From positions 4,934 to 68,933 of the forward strand of contig CAYYRP010000010.1 in the NCBI GenBank assembly GCA_964474235.1: 64,000 nt of DNA, read 5' to 3'. Both the position numbers and the translations under genes were made by a program. Shown here in pieces: positions 9,633 to 18,700 of the stretch (its first letter is position 1; the number at the start of each line of letters is the position of its first letter). Under the pieces are notes generated by a model that worked only from the letters and a program-made list of their open reading frames with translations, did not search any database and had not been told where the DNA came from. Source of the stretch: an uncultured Isosphaeraceae bacterium (GTDB taxonomy: Bacteria > Planctomycetota > Phycisphaerae > Phycisphaerales > SM1A02).

Positions 9633-10485
9633 TTCTTTGACTAAGGATATTGATATACGAATCTGATGGACAACGACGTAACACTTCTTCTGCCGTTGCA
9701 GGTTCAACATCACCAGTTACATCGTCAACAATTGTAAAACCAAAACCAAGTGAACTCAGCCAATCTAAAAGTGAAGCCGCGTCAGCACCTGCACCTTTTA
9801 ACTGCGCTGGTGACAATTCCCAAATTACTTTGATTGATGTATTATTTTGCAACAAGCGTTCCATTCCGTGGAATGCTGCAGACTCTGCGCCCTGCACATC
9901 CATCTTGATCAAATCAACTTGATCGTCGCTGGCGAAAAATTCATCAAGTTTCACACAATTAACTGTGACGCCTTTGCGACTTGCGCTGTGATATATTTGA
10001 TGGTCGCCAGAATTAAAAGTTGACGGGTGCAACTGCACATTTCCTGCAACATGAGAAACAGCAGCGTTGATAAGTTCAAGTTGCAAGTCATTTGCCTCTG
10101 CATTGCGAGACAACATTGCAAAATTTGCCGGATGTGGCTCAAAGGCTACAACACGACCACTGTTCCCAACCCATTTCGCTGCAGGCAAAGCAAAGAGTCC
10201 GACATGCGCGCCGACATCAACGAAGGTCATGCCTTTTTTTAATATCGATTGCATGATGTGTGTTGTGACTGGCTCGTACTCCCCCGTAGATTCCGCCTCA
10301 AGCGTTACGCCAAAGTCTCCACTTGGCAATTCAAACTGGAGTCCACAACGTTCAAGCGTACCTTTTTGCTTGATTTTCAATATTGCAACTGCCATAAAAC
10401 GCAGCGGTGGAAAATGTTCTAGAAGGGGACGAATGAATGGGGCGAGCCGTCTTCGTAAGTTTGAAAATGTACTACTTTTTTGCAT
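9625..10485 (-). CDS. FkbM family SAM-dependent methyltransferase
   Basis: MTFVDVGAHVGLFALPAAKWVGNSGRVVAFEPHPANFAMLSRN is a typical FkbM core. The start at 10485 (MQKSSTF) has AGGAG upstream and avoids overlap with hemW. Confidence 0.75.
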   Translation of the reverse strand: MQKSSTFSNLRRRLAPFIRPLLEHFPPLRFMAVAILKIKQKGTLERCGLQFELPSGDFGVTLEAESTGEYEPVTTHIMQSILKKGMTFVDVGAHVGLFALPAAKWVGNSGRVVAFEPHPANFAMLSRNAEANDLQLELINAAVSHVAGNVQLHPSTFNSGDHQIYHSASRKGVTVNCVKLDEFFASDDQVDLIKMDVQGAESAAFHGMERLLQNNTSIKVIWELSPAQLKGAGADAASLLDWLSSLGFGFTIVDDVTGDVEPATAEEVLRRCPSDSYINILSQRNV

Positions 10486-10513
10486 TGAGCTCCTGCATAC
10501 AGGTATCGACCAC

Positions 10514-11803
10514 CTAGGTTTCATCCATGAGAAGGCCCCCAATAATAGAGTCAGCGATCATGATTCCCTCGCTAGTAAGGCGTAAATTTGTATCCCAAGT
10601 CAGCAATCCGTTTGCCACGTACCCTTCGATAACCTTTCGCCGCCAAAGTCCGTGTTTCACATTCAAGAGTTGCTCTACCTGCTCGTTTGAAATGCCAGCA
10701 CGTAATCTAAGCCCTAGCATGAAGGTTTCACCCGCTTGTCCATTTTCGGAAAGGAGTTCAATATCTTCAACGGGAGGCAAGGTGGTACCTGCAAGGTACT
10801 GCGAAAGCCTCGGCACATTCCGCCATCTACGACCTGTGACATGCCCAGCAGCAGCGGGTCCAAATGGCCACCATGATTCATTATTCCAGTACATCAGATT
10901 GTGTTTGCATCTATGTTTTGGTTTTGCAAAATTGCTGATTTCATAGTGCTCGTACCCTTCTGAAGTCAATATTGACATCGTTTCTTCAAACATATTCGAC
11001 TCTAGTTCTTCGCCAATTTTCTGTATTTCTCCACGTTTTTCACGGACATATAGCGGTGTATTGGGTTCATACGTCAAGGCATAGGAACTGATGTGGTCAG
11101 GTGCTAGATCTATTGTTTGCTGAATGTCATTTCTACATACTCCCATCGATTGATGTGGAATACCGAAGATTAAATCAAGATTTATATTTTCAATTCCTGC
11201 TTTGCGAAGGCACTTCATACTTTTTGCAACACTTTCTGGAGCGTGCCACCGTTCAAGCGTTTTAAGGCAATCAGTGTCAAAACTTTGAGCGCCGATGCTC
11301 GCCCTGTTTACGCCTGCGTCTGCAAGACGCTTCGCAATTTCTGGTGTTACCGTTTCTGGATTTGCTTCGATTGTCCATTCGTACTGATCTGTGAACATAA
11401 AATTCGCTGCGATTGCTTCAAACATGCTCGAGAGTAATGGTCCATGTAATAGTGTCGGAGTCCCGCCGCCTATAAAAATGGTATCGATCGGCTGCGTTAT
11501 GTATGGAGCAACCAAGGAAAACTCGGAAACAAGCCGCTCTACAAACATTTCTTGCTGCCGTTCATCACCAACAATACTGAAAAAATCACAATAATGGCAT
11601 TTATGGAAGCAAAACGGAACGTGCACATACAATCCACAAACGCCAGAAGCGCTTTCAAGCCAAGGAGTTGCGGTCTTATGAGCTGATAATAGAGATGTTT
11701 CTTGTAATGCCCCACTGTTCTTGGTAAACTGGGGAAGGTTTAAGGGGGTATTGGGGTTTCTGGGGTTTCGGGGTTTGTGTGATTCAGAAGGCACAAAGAA
11801 CAT
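10514..11803 (-). CDS. hemW: radical SAM heme chaperone HemW (oxygen-independent coproporphyrinogen oxidase-like)
   Basis: GLYVHVPFCFHKCHYCDFFS is the CxxxCxxC radical SAM motif, and a HemN_C-like tail is present. The start is moved to the ATG at 11803 because the ORF-track extension overlaps the FHA gene on the other strand. Confidence 0.8.
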   Translation of the reverse strand: MFFVPSESHKPRNPRNPNTPLNLPQFTKNSGALQETSLLSAHKTATPWLESASGVCGLYVHVPFCFHKCHYCDFFSIVGDERQQEMFVERLVSEFSLVAPYITQPIDTIFIGGGTPTLLHGPLLSSMFEAIAANFMFTDQYEWTIEANPETVTPEIAKRLADAGVNRASIGAQSFDTDCLKTLERWHAPESVAKSMKCLRKAGIENINLDLIFGIPHQSMGVCRNDIQQTIDLAPDHISSYALTYEPNTPLYVREKRGEIQKIGEELESNMFEETMSILTSEGYEHYEISNFAKPKHRCKHNLMYWNNESWWPFGPAAAGHVTGRRWRNVPRLSQYLAGTTLPPVEDIELLSENGQAGETFMLGLRLRAGISNEQVEQLLNVKHGLWRRKVIEGYVANGLLTWDTNLRLTSEGIMIADSIIGGLLMDET

Positions 11804-11827
11804 TCTAGGGACTTTTGAGAGAAACTT

Positions 11828-12145
11828 ATGGGCATTGAACTCACCATCACGAACCAAGACGGAACAATCCGCTCTTTTGAATTGACGAAGGATCGGACTA
11901 CGATCGGTCGGCGTAGAAACTGCGACCTCCATGTCGCGCTCCCAACTGTTGCCCCTCTTCACTGTGAAATCAAAGTTGTCAATGGTTTGATTCAACTTCT
12001 CAACCGAGACCCAGATGCCCAAACTTTTCACAATGGCAATGCTGTCAATGCGGCTGACCTCATTCATGAGGATGTGGTGCAGATCGGACCAGTGGAATTT
12101 ACGGTTTCCGTCAAAGATGACGAGACGATCATTCGCAGGCATTGA
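11828..12145 (+). CDS. small stand-alone FHA domain protein
   Basis: 105 aa. TIGRRRNCDLHVALPTVAPLHCEI...NGLIQLLNRDPDAQTFHNGNAV...GPVEFTV shows the FHA pattern (G-R ... S/T-xx-H ... N-G). Its stop overlaps the purA ATG as ATGA. Confidence 0.8.
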   Translation: MGIELTITNQDGTIRSFELTKDRTTIGRRRNCDLHVALPTVAPLHCEIKVVNGLIQLLNRDPDAQTFHNGNAVNAADLIHEDVVQIGPVEFTVSVKDDETIIRRH

Positions 12146-13476
12146 CGCCCAATGCTAGAATGGGCACGATGAGTGCACATAAAAATACTGCTATTGTTGG
12201 TCTTCAGTGGGGTGATGAAGGCAAGGGGAAAATCGTAGATTTGCTCACTGCAAAACACGACGTCATTGTTCGCTACAACGGCGGCGCAAACGCTGGGCAC
12301 ACTGTTGTAGTTGGAGATGAACGATACGCACTGCACTTGATCCCATCAGGCATTTTATACAAAGACAAACTCTGTGTCATCGGCAATGGCGTTGTAGTTG
12401 ACCCAGTACAACTAATCAAAGAAATCGATACGCTTCGGGACCGGTCAATTGAAGTTTGGGACAACTTAAAAGTTTCAGATCGATCGCATGTCGTGATGCC
12501 GTATCACAAAGAACATGACGCAGCACTAGAGCGCAAACTTTCGCAAGCAGCTGGCAAAGGCGACCAATCAATTGGCACAACAAAACGCGGAATTGGCCCA
12601 GCGTATGCGGACAAAGTGCATAGAGCAACTGCAATTAGAATGGGAGATTTACTTGACCACGATGTATTGCTTGAAAAGTTGAAAATCACTTGTTCAATTC
12701 GCTGCGCCGAACTGAGTGCACTTGGCGTTGATGCACCCCCGCTTGATCCACTTGCTCTTGCAGAAGAATACGCAGAATACGGCACGCAACTTTCGCCGCA
12801 TATTATTGACACAGTGTATGAATTGCATGACTGCGTTCAAGACGGAAAATCTTTGCTGTTCGAAGGTGCTAATGCTTGTTTGCTTGACATTGACCACGGC
12901 ACGTTCCCTTTTGTTACAAGTTCTAACTGCTCGACACTTGGCATTCATGCTGGTACGGGGCTTCCGGGTAAATACGTCAACCATGTTGTTGGCATTATGA
13001 AGGCGTACTCAACAAGGGTTGGCGCAGGCCCATTTCCGAGTGAAGAGTTAGGCGAAGTGGGCGAACAAATTCGCGATAAAGGGAATGAATACGGCACAAC
13101 GACCGGGCGCCCCCGGAGATGTGGGTGGATCGATCTAGTTGCAGTCAAATACTCAGCGATGATTTGCGGAACAACTTCAATTGCCTGCATGCTCTTAGAT
13201 GTCCTTAGTGGTTTTGATGAGATTAAACTGTGCGTGGGCTATGCATTGCCTGATGGAACTACAAGCGATCGGTTTATTCCCGATGCTCGTAAACTAGCCA
13301 CTGCAAAACCAATTTTTGAAACTATGGCTGGCTGGTCAGAAGAAATTGATGATGTCACTTCGCCAAGTGATCTACCTGCAAACGCGCAGGCGTACCTTGA
13401 TCGCATTTCAGAATACCTTGATCTTCCGATATCAATCGTGAGCGTTGGACCAAAACGATCGCAAACGGTAATATAA
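12142..13476 (+). CDS. purA: adenylosuccinate synthetase
   Basis: Contains the P-loop GLQWGDEGKGKIVD, GGANAGHTV and TTKRGIGPAY. The length is typical. The start could also be the Met at residue 7 or 10. Confidence 0.95.
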   Translation: MTPNARMGTMSAHKNTAIVGLQWGDEGKGKIVDLLTAKHDVIVRYNGGANAGHTVVVGDERYALHLIPSGILYKDKLCVIGNGVVVDPVQLIKEIDTLRDRSIEVWDNLKVSDRSHVVMPYHKEHDAALERKLSQAAGKGDQSIGTTKRGIGPAYADKVHRATAIRMGDLLDHDVLLEKLKITCSIRCAELSALGVDAPPLDPLALAEEYAEYGTQLSPHIIDTVYELHDCVQDGKSLLFEGANACLLDIDHGTFPFVTSSNCSTLGIHAGTGLPGKYVNHVVGIMKAYSTRVGAGPFPSEELGEVGEQIRDKGNEYGTTTGRPRRCGWIDLVAVKYSAMICGTTSIACMLLDVLSGFDEIKLCVGYALPDGTTSDRFIPDARKLATAKPIFETMAGWSEEIDDVTSPSDLPANAQAYLDRISEYLDLPISIVSVGPKRSQTVI

Positions 13477-13478
13477 AA

Positions 13479-13499
13479 AAACAACCCGCGGGGTTGTTT
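13479..13499. repeat. REP hairpin copy, acting as a bidirectional terminator between purA and uppS
   Basis: The sequence aaacaacccgcggggttgttt is present. On the minus strand it reads CAT TAA ACAACCCCGCGGGTTGTTTTTTTAT, so the uppS stop codon sits in the stem and a T-run follows. Confidence 0.85.
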
Positions 13500-14184
13500 A
13501 ATGAATTTTACCAAAGGTTCGTTTCCGGCTTGCGTACTCGGCAATTGCTACATCAAGCGACGCACCATCGAAGCCTGGCCAGCACTGCTCGGTTACGTAT
13601 ATCTCGCTGTATGCAATTTGCCAAAGCAAAAAATTTGAAATACGCATTTCCCCTGCTGTTCGAATGAGCAAATCGGGGTCTGGAACACCCGAAGTAAACA
13701 GACGTTTCTCGAGGTTTTCCTCTGTCACTTCAACAGCATCTTGTACAAGGCGCTCAACCGCGTGAAGCAATTCGTTTCGTCCTGAATAATCGAGAGCAAG
13801 ACCGAGGGTAAGACGATTACAATTTGAAGTCAATGCAATTGCTTCATCTAATGCTTGCATGACTTCTGGGGTGAAACGATCGCGCCGTCCATAATGGCGT
13901 AGAGAAACACCCTTCTCAATTAACTCTGGAACTTCAGAAACTAACTTTTGGACAAGCAATGCCATCAACGCTTCTATTTCTTCTTGTGGTCGTCCCCAGT
14001 TCTCAGTAGAAAAAGAATAGAGCGTCAGATACGCAACACCAAGTTCTCCGCATCGCTCAACAATTTTCTTGACAGAAAGTGCGCCCGCTTCGTGGCCTGT
14101 ACTACGAGGAAGTCCTTTCGCCTCTGCCCAGCGGCCATTGCCGTCCATAATGATTGCAATGTGTTTTGGGAGAGATACTGCCAT
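13498..14184 (-). CDS. uppS: undecaprenyl diphosphate synthase (cis-prenyltransferase)
   Basis: Contains HIAIIMDGNGRWA, the TLYSFSTENW motif and RTAGEMRISNFLLWQ. Confidence 0.95.
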   Translation of the reverse strand: MAVSLPKHIAIIMDGNGRWAEAKGLPRSTGHEAGALSVKKIVERCGELGVAYLTLYSFSTENWGRPQEEIEALMALLVQKLVSEVPELIEKGVSLRHYGRRDRFTPEVMQALDEAIALTSNCNRLTLGLALDYSGRNELLHAVERLVQDAVEVTEENLEKRLFTSGVPDPDLLIRTAGEMRISNFLLWQIAYSEIYVTEQCWPGFDGASLDVAIAEYASRKRTFGKIH

Positions 14185-14201
14185 TCATCGAATGATACAA
14201 G

Positions 14202-14232
14202 AAAGGCGTAGAAGGAGAACTTCTACGCCTTT
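14202..14232 (-). terminator. perfect 13-bp hairpin downstream of the Cys-repeat gene (no clear T-run)
   Basis: The hairpin is aaaggcgtagaag-gagaa-cttctacgccttt. It lies between the stop at 14258 and the uppS start at 14184. Confidence 0.4.
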
Positions 14233-14257
14233 CTCAAAGAACGAATCTATCTTTACA

Positions 14258-15502
14258 TTAGAAGCATGGACCCCAAGCAGCGATGACAATCAAAATATCA
14301 TCAACGTTGACAATACCGTCACCGTTTACATCGCCATCACATCCAGCATGACACTCGATCATTTCACAGTGCGTGTTTGCATGGAATGAACCCGAGACTG
14401 AAAGACAGTCATCTTCCCAAAGCATCAAACATCCACCATTGATACAACACGCGCCTTCAACAGGTTCACCGCCACATGCAACATCTTCGCAGAGTGCTCC
14501 CGCACCTTGCCAATCGCCGCCTTCATTAAAGCAGTGCATTTCAGTGATCATGATGCATCCATTGTCGATGCAACATGCGCCATCTTCTGGCTGCCCGCAA
14601 ATTGAAGGATCGCAATGTGAGCCAACGCCGAAGAATTCGCCACCAACTTTGTTACACATCATTTCAGTGACTTCTTCGCAGTAACCTTCTACGCAGCAAG
14701 CGCCTGTATCGTTTATTGTGCATTCAATTGCATCGCACCCAGTAGGAAACCACATGCCACCTTCGCTGATGCAGTGTTCTTCCGTAAAATCAAAGCACAT
14801 ATCATCTATGCAGCAAGCACCAATTTGGCCGCCAGAACATGGCATGTCTGCACAACTACCACCAAACCATACACCATTATTCATGTAACATTCTTCCATT
14901 CCAGTCATAACACAATCATTGTCAAAACAACATGCGCCAACTGTAATGTCGTCGCATTCCACCGATTCACAATCCATGCCATGGAAGATGCCGCCTTCTT
15001 GCGTACAATGATCCATAGTTAACATGTGGCAATCAGCCCCGATGCAGCATGCACCTTCTCCAGAACCACCACCACACGAGTCAGCGTTACACATAGTATT
15101 CTCGCCTTGCCAATCGCCGCCCTCTAAGATACAGCCTTCTTCTGGGATGTTGTCATAGCATTGCCCTTCAAAACAGCAAGCACCTGCTGCGGGACCAGAA
15201 CAAGTTGTAGTTTCACACGCAGTGTCTTGACCAAGCCAATCGCCGCCCTGAGCTACACAAAGATCTTCTGCCATGACAGCACATTGCCCATTAAAACAAC
15301 ATGCGCCGAAATTATTTCCGCCACATGAGTCAACACATGTTGTACCTGCACCTTGCCAGTCACCCCCGCCTTGAACACAAACATTTTCGGGCATCACTTG
15401 ACATCCTTGTTCAAAACAACAAGCGCCCATTCCATCTTGAGCAGTTGCGAACCCTGTACAACACAGAATCACTGCTGCCATCATCATCTTTACTGCACGC
15501 AT
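14258..15502 (-). CDS. secreted protein with 9 six-Cys GACC repeats and a C-terminal dockerin/EF-hand-like segment
   Basis: Signal peptide MRAVKMMMAAVILCCTGFATAQ. Nine units begin GACCF/I/V (for example GACCFEQGCQVMPENVCVQGGGDWQGAGTTCVDSC). The tail is CDGDVNGDGIVNVDDILIVIAAWGPCF. A strong SD (AAGGAG) precedes the ATG. Confidence 0.8.
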   Translation of the reverse strand: MRAVKMMMAAVILCCTGFATAQDGMGACCFEQGCQVMPENVCVQGGGDWQGAGTTCVDSCGGNNFGACCFNGQCAVMAEDLCVAQGGDWLGQDTACETTTCSGPAAGACCFEGQCYDNIPEEGCILEGGDWQGENTMCNADSCGGGSGEGACCIGADCHMLTMDHCTQEGGIFHGMDCESVECDDITVGACCFDNDCVMTGMEECYMNNGVWFGGSCADMPCSGGQIGACCIDDMCFDFTEEHCISEGGMWFPTGCDAIECTINDTGACCVEGYCEEVTEMMCNKVGGEFFGVGSHCDPSICGQPEDGACCIDNGCIMITEMHCFNEGGDWQGAGALCEDVACGGEPVEGACCINGGCLMLWEDDCLSVSGSFHANTHCEMIECHAGCDGDVNGDGIVNVDDILIVIAAWGPCF

Positions 15503-15623
15503 ATCAATTCTCCTTTTGTGATATTTTAGAACGTAATTTTAAATTTAAATTTAACTAATCATATCTCTAGCTATACGTACACCCTACCCTGCAGTTGCTC
15601 AAATCGCAAACAAAATCGCCCTA

Positions 15624-15677
15624 AAATAAAAAAACTCGCCCCACCAGTCATTTTGCGGATGAGAGTGGCGGGACGAG
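15624..15677 (-). terminator. rho-independent terminator after the giant gene
   Basis: The minus strand reads CTCGTCCCGCC...GGTGGGGCGAG (11 bp including 2 G-T pairs) followed by TTTTTTTATTTT. Confidence 0.55.
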
Positions 15678-15705
15678 CATAAAAACGTACTTTAATGTCG
15701 ATGAT

Positions 15706-18700
15706 CTAGTTCGGCAATTTCTCGAAATACAAGATCTTTGGCTTGTCTTGCGGGGTGTTTACCTCGCTACGATCGACGAGCATGACATAGCGTGAGTCAT
15801 CAATAATGTAGTCGAGATCGGTTGCATCCCAAACACCTGTTGCTGAATTTTTCCTGAACGTACGAATACGCATGTGCACAGTAAACACATCACTTGTAGT
15901 TGTGATCAAATTCGAAATACCCGCTTGTAACATATTTAGTTCTTCAGAGTCGCCACTTACACGATCACCAATTAAAGAATCTTCTTCGTAAATATCTACA
16001 GGAGCACCTTTGTCATCAACAACATTTCGTGAATTCACATCAGTGCTGATCGGCGCACCAACACCATCTGCAATCCAATTAGAATTAGAAGTGCCAAATT
16101 CAGAAAATGGTTCTAAGCCAGCATAATCAATACGCCATGCTGCAGGGCCTCGGATCGCTTGATGATTAGAACTGCTCCAAGGTTCAACAACGAACTCAGG
16201 TTTATACTCCGTTTCCATGGTGTCAAACGGTGATGCAGAGAGCATACCAATTTGCGATGGAGATGCAAACCCACGTGTTTCTTCAAGCATTGAGGCATTA
16301 CCGAGCCCTAAGCGCCACGAACGATCTGAATAATCAGGAGCACCAACAATGCCGGTCCCTACAATTTGATCTGCAAAACCGTTGCCATTTTCTCGCCATT
16401 GAAGGATAGATTCAGGAATAAGTGACCGCGGGTTCACATCTCCTGAAACGGCACCCCCACTATCGGATTGTTGCGTAGCGTGGACAATTTTGTTCATGTG
16501 TGGGAGCGCCCGCATCGCTTCAACTGTCGCTGTGTTAATGTTGATCATTCCCGGCGTAGATTTTCCTGTAAACCCATTCGCGTTATAAAAAGAGAACCAC
16601 TGCGTATCTGATGGTTGCAAATCTCCACCTAACCGACCTGGACCATCGCACACGAACGTATCAAGCACTCTGCCTGCAACTGACAAACGCGGCCATGGGT
16701 ACTCAGCAACACGATACGAACTGATCGAATCATCCCAACCTAGTTGCGTGCCACCTAGCATCATCGGCAATGTCATTTGTTGCGTGTCATTTGGATCAAG
16801 TGTATTCTCAAAATCCTCAACGCCTTGATTAAATCGGAGTCTATTCACGCGTGCATCAACATAGAATTCTGTGCGAGTTTCGTCAATATCTGCAGGACCA
16901 TCGAGATCATCTAAGGAAGAGAATCTAGCAATCCCCGTCAATGGTGCCCACCAATCCCAATCAGGATTTCCGTCACCATCTTCATCATCAGCAAGAAGAT
17001 CACCATCTTTATCAATAATTTTTGGGAACATAAATTCGCTAAATGTGACTTGTGTACCAGTGCTATGAATATCGCCTCCGTCGAGAGGGCCTCGGTTCAA
17101 ACTAAAAGTAACATCCGGTAGTGCTTGGTCAAAAAGTATATCGCTTTCAATCATGTGCCCAAAGAGCCAGCAGTTGAGCACTTCGCCAACCTGCTCAAAG
17201 TCGTCATCTTTTTGCAACATCTGCATCGAGAATGGAAATGCCATATCTCGCTCGGCTTCGCCCTCAACACCATCTCCGACTACGAAACCATCTTCATCAA
17301 GATCAGTATCTTCAAACAATGCTTCGTTTTCACCAATGCCGTCCGCAGCATCTGCATCAAAAGGATCAAATTCAAAATCTAGGAACGCAGGGTTAGCAGC
17401 AAAAGTTCCGTCCTCAGCATATTCGTGAGGTGCCCAAGTGCCATCAGTTGGGTCGTGAATCGCTTCCTTTCGAGATTGTCCATACCATCCCTTATCTGGG
17501 AATAGAGCATTCTCTTGATAGTTCATATCGAAGTACGTTGGTTTTCGATTCCTCAAGCCGCCAGCAATAAGCCCATCATTGATAATCTCGTTGTCTCCAC
17601 GGGGAGACCATGTTTCAACTGTAAACCATGGATCAGGATCATCGGCGACCATATCATCGTCGCCACTGTCTGGATTACCATCGCCGTTCATATCATCAGG
17701 ATCTTCGGGTGTTGCTAACTCCCATTTCCATTCAAACACGGAAGTGTGATCTATATTTGGATCTGTTTCGGCTGTATTCATAACAGGTAGCAGATCCAGT
17801 GATCGTATGTGATCACGAGCTGAGAACACAAATCGTGGATTACGTTCCCAGCTGTCATACGTACCATTGTGCCAACCGTACATGTCGGGTACATCTACGC
17901 CCCACGCTCTTGTAGCGCGATCCCACTGCACAAAGAGAACATCATGTGGATTATCAGGATCAGTTACAAGGATTTCAGTATCGATGAATCCATCATCTGC
18001 ATCATCGTCTTTGTCGACTTTATCCCACTCATCTTCCATATCATCAACGACACGTTTAGTAAAACTATTGAACTCATCCGGTCTGTCTAACCGGTCAATT
18101 AAAACCAGTTGGTCAACATCTGTCTTGTAAAGCGCGACTGCATGTTGCGCTTCATCAGAAAGTGCGTCATACCATTCACGCTGCGTACTCCAATCCCCTT
18201 CAGGAACTTCTGCAATGATAGAACCTGCCGCGCCTGCGGGATGATCAGCAACATCGAGGTCTAAGAAATCCAACCAATCAATTCTAAATTGCGGATTCGC
18301 AATTGGGGCAAATTCTTCTTTTGGAATTGTAATAGTTTCTTCATCTGTCATTGCATACAAGATTAACGTCGCAGGATTTTCTGGCGTTGACGGGTATAAA
18401 AATTGTTGGTTTGTTGAAACCAAGAAACTTAAATCTAGTCTCTGTCCAAAAAACTCAACTGTGTAATCTGAAAGGTCAATGACGCGATCAAACGGATTGG
18501 CGAGTTGCACAACGGCGACAGTTTCTTGCGGACATTCATCTGTGTCAGGAGTGACAAGATAAAACGGCTCACACGTTGTAGAAGTACACACAGTACCGTC
18601 GCCTTGATACGTACCATTGATCAAGCCACACGCGTCACCATCAACAACCATCAAACAACTTCCACTAGAGACGCAACACGAACCAAGTCCACAAGGGGAA

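Noticed and set aside
11804-12142. N-terminal 113-codon extension of the hemW ORF 10514..12142
   Set aside because: It is antisense to a clear FHA-domain gene (11828..12145). The HemW homology begins well downstream, and the Met at 11803 is sufficient.
12273-13544. Several 60-100 aa minus-strand ORFs inside purA
   Set aside because: They are antisense to a near-certain purA and have no motifs or RBS.
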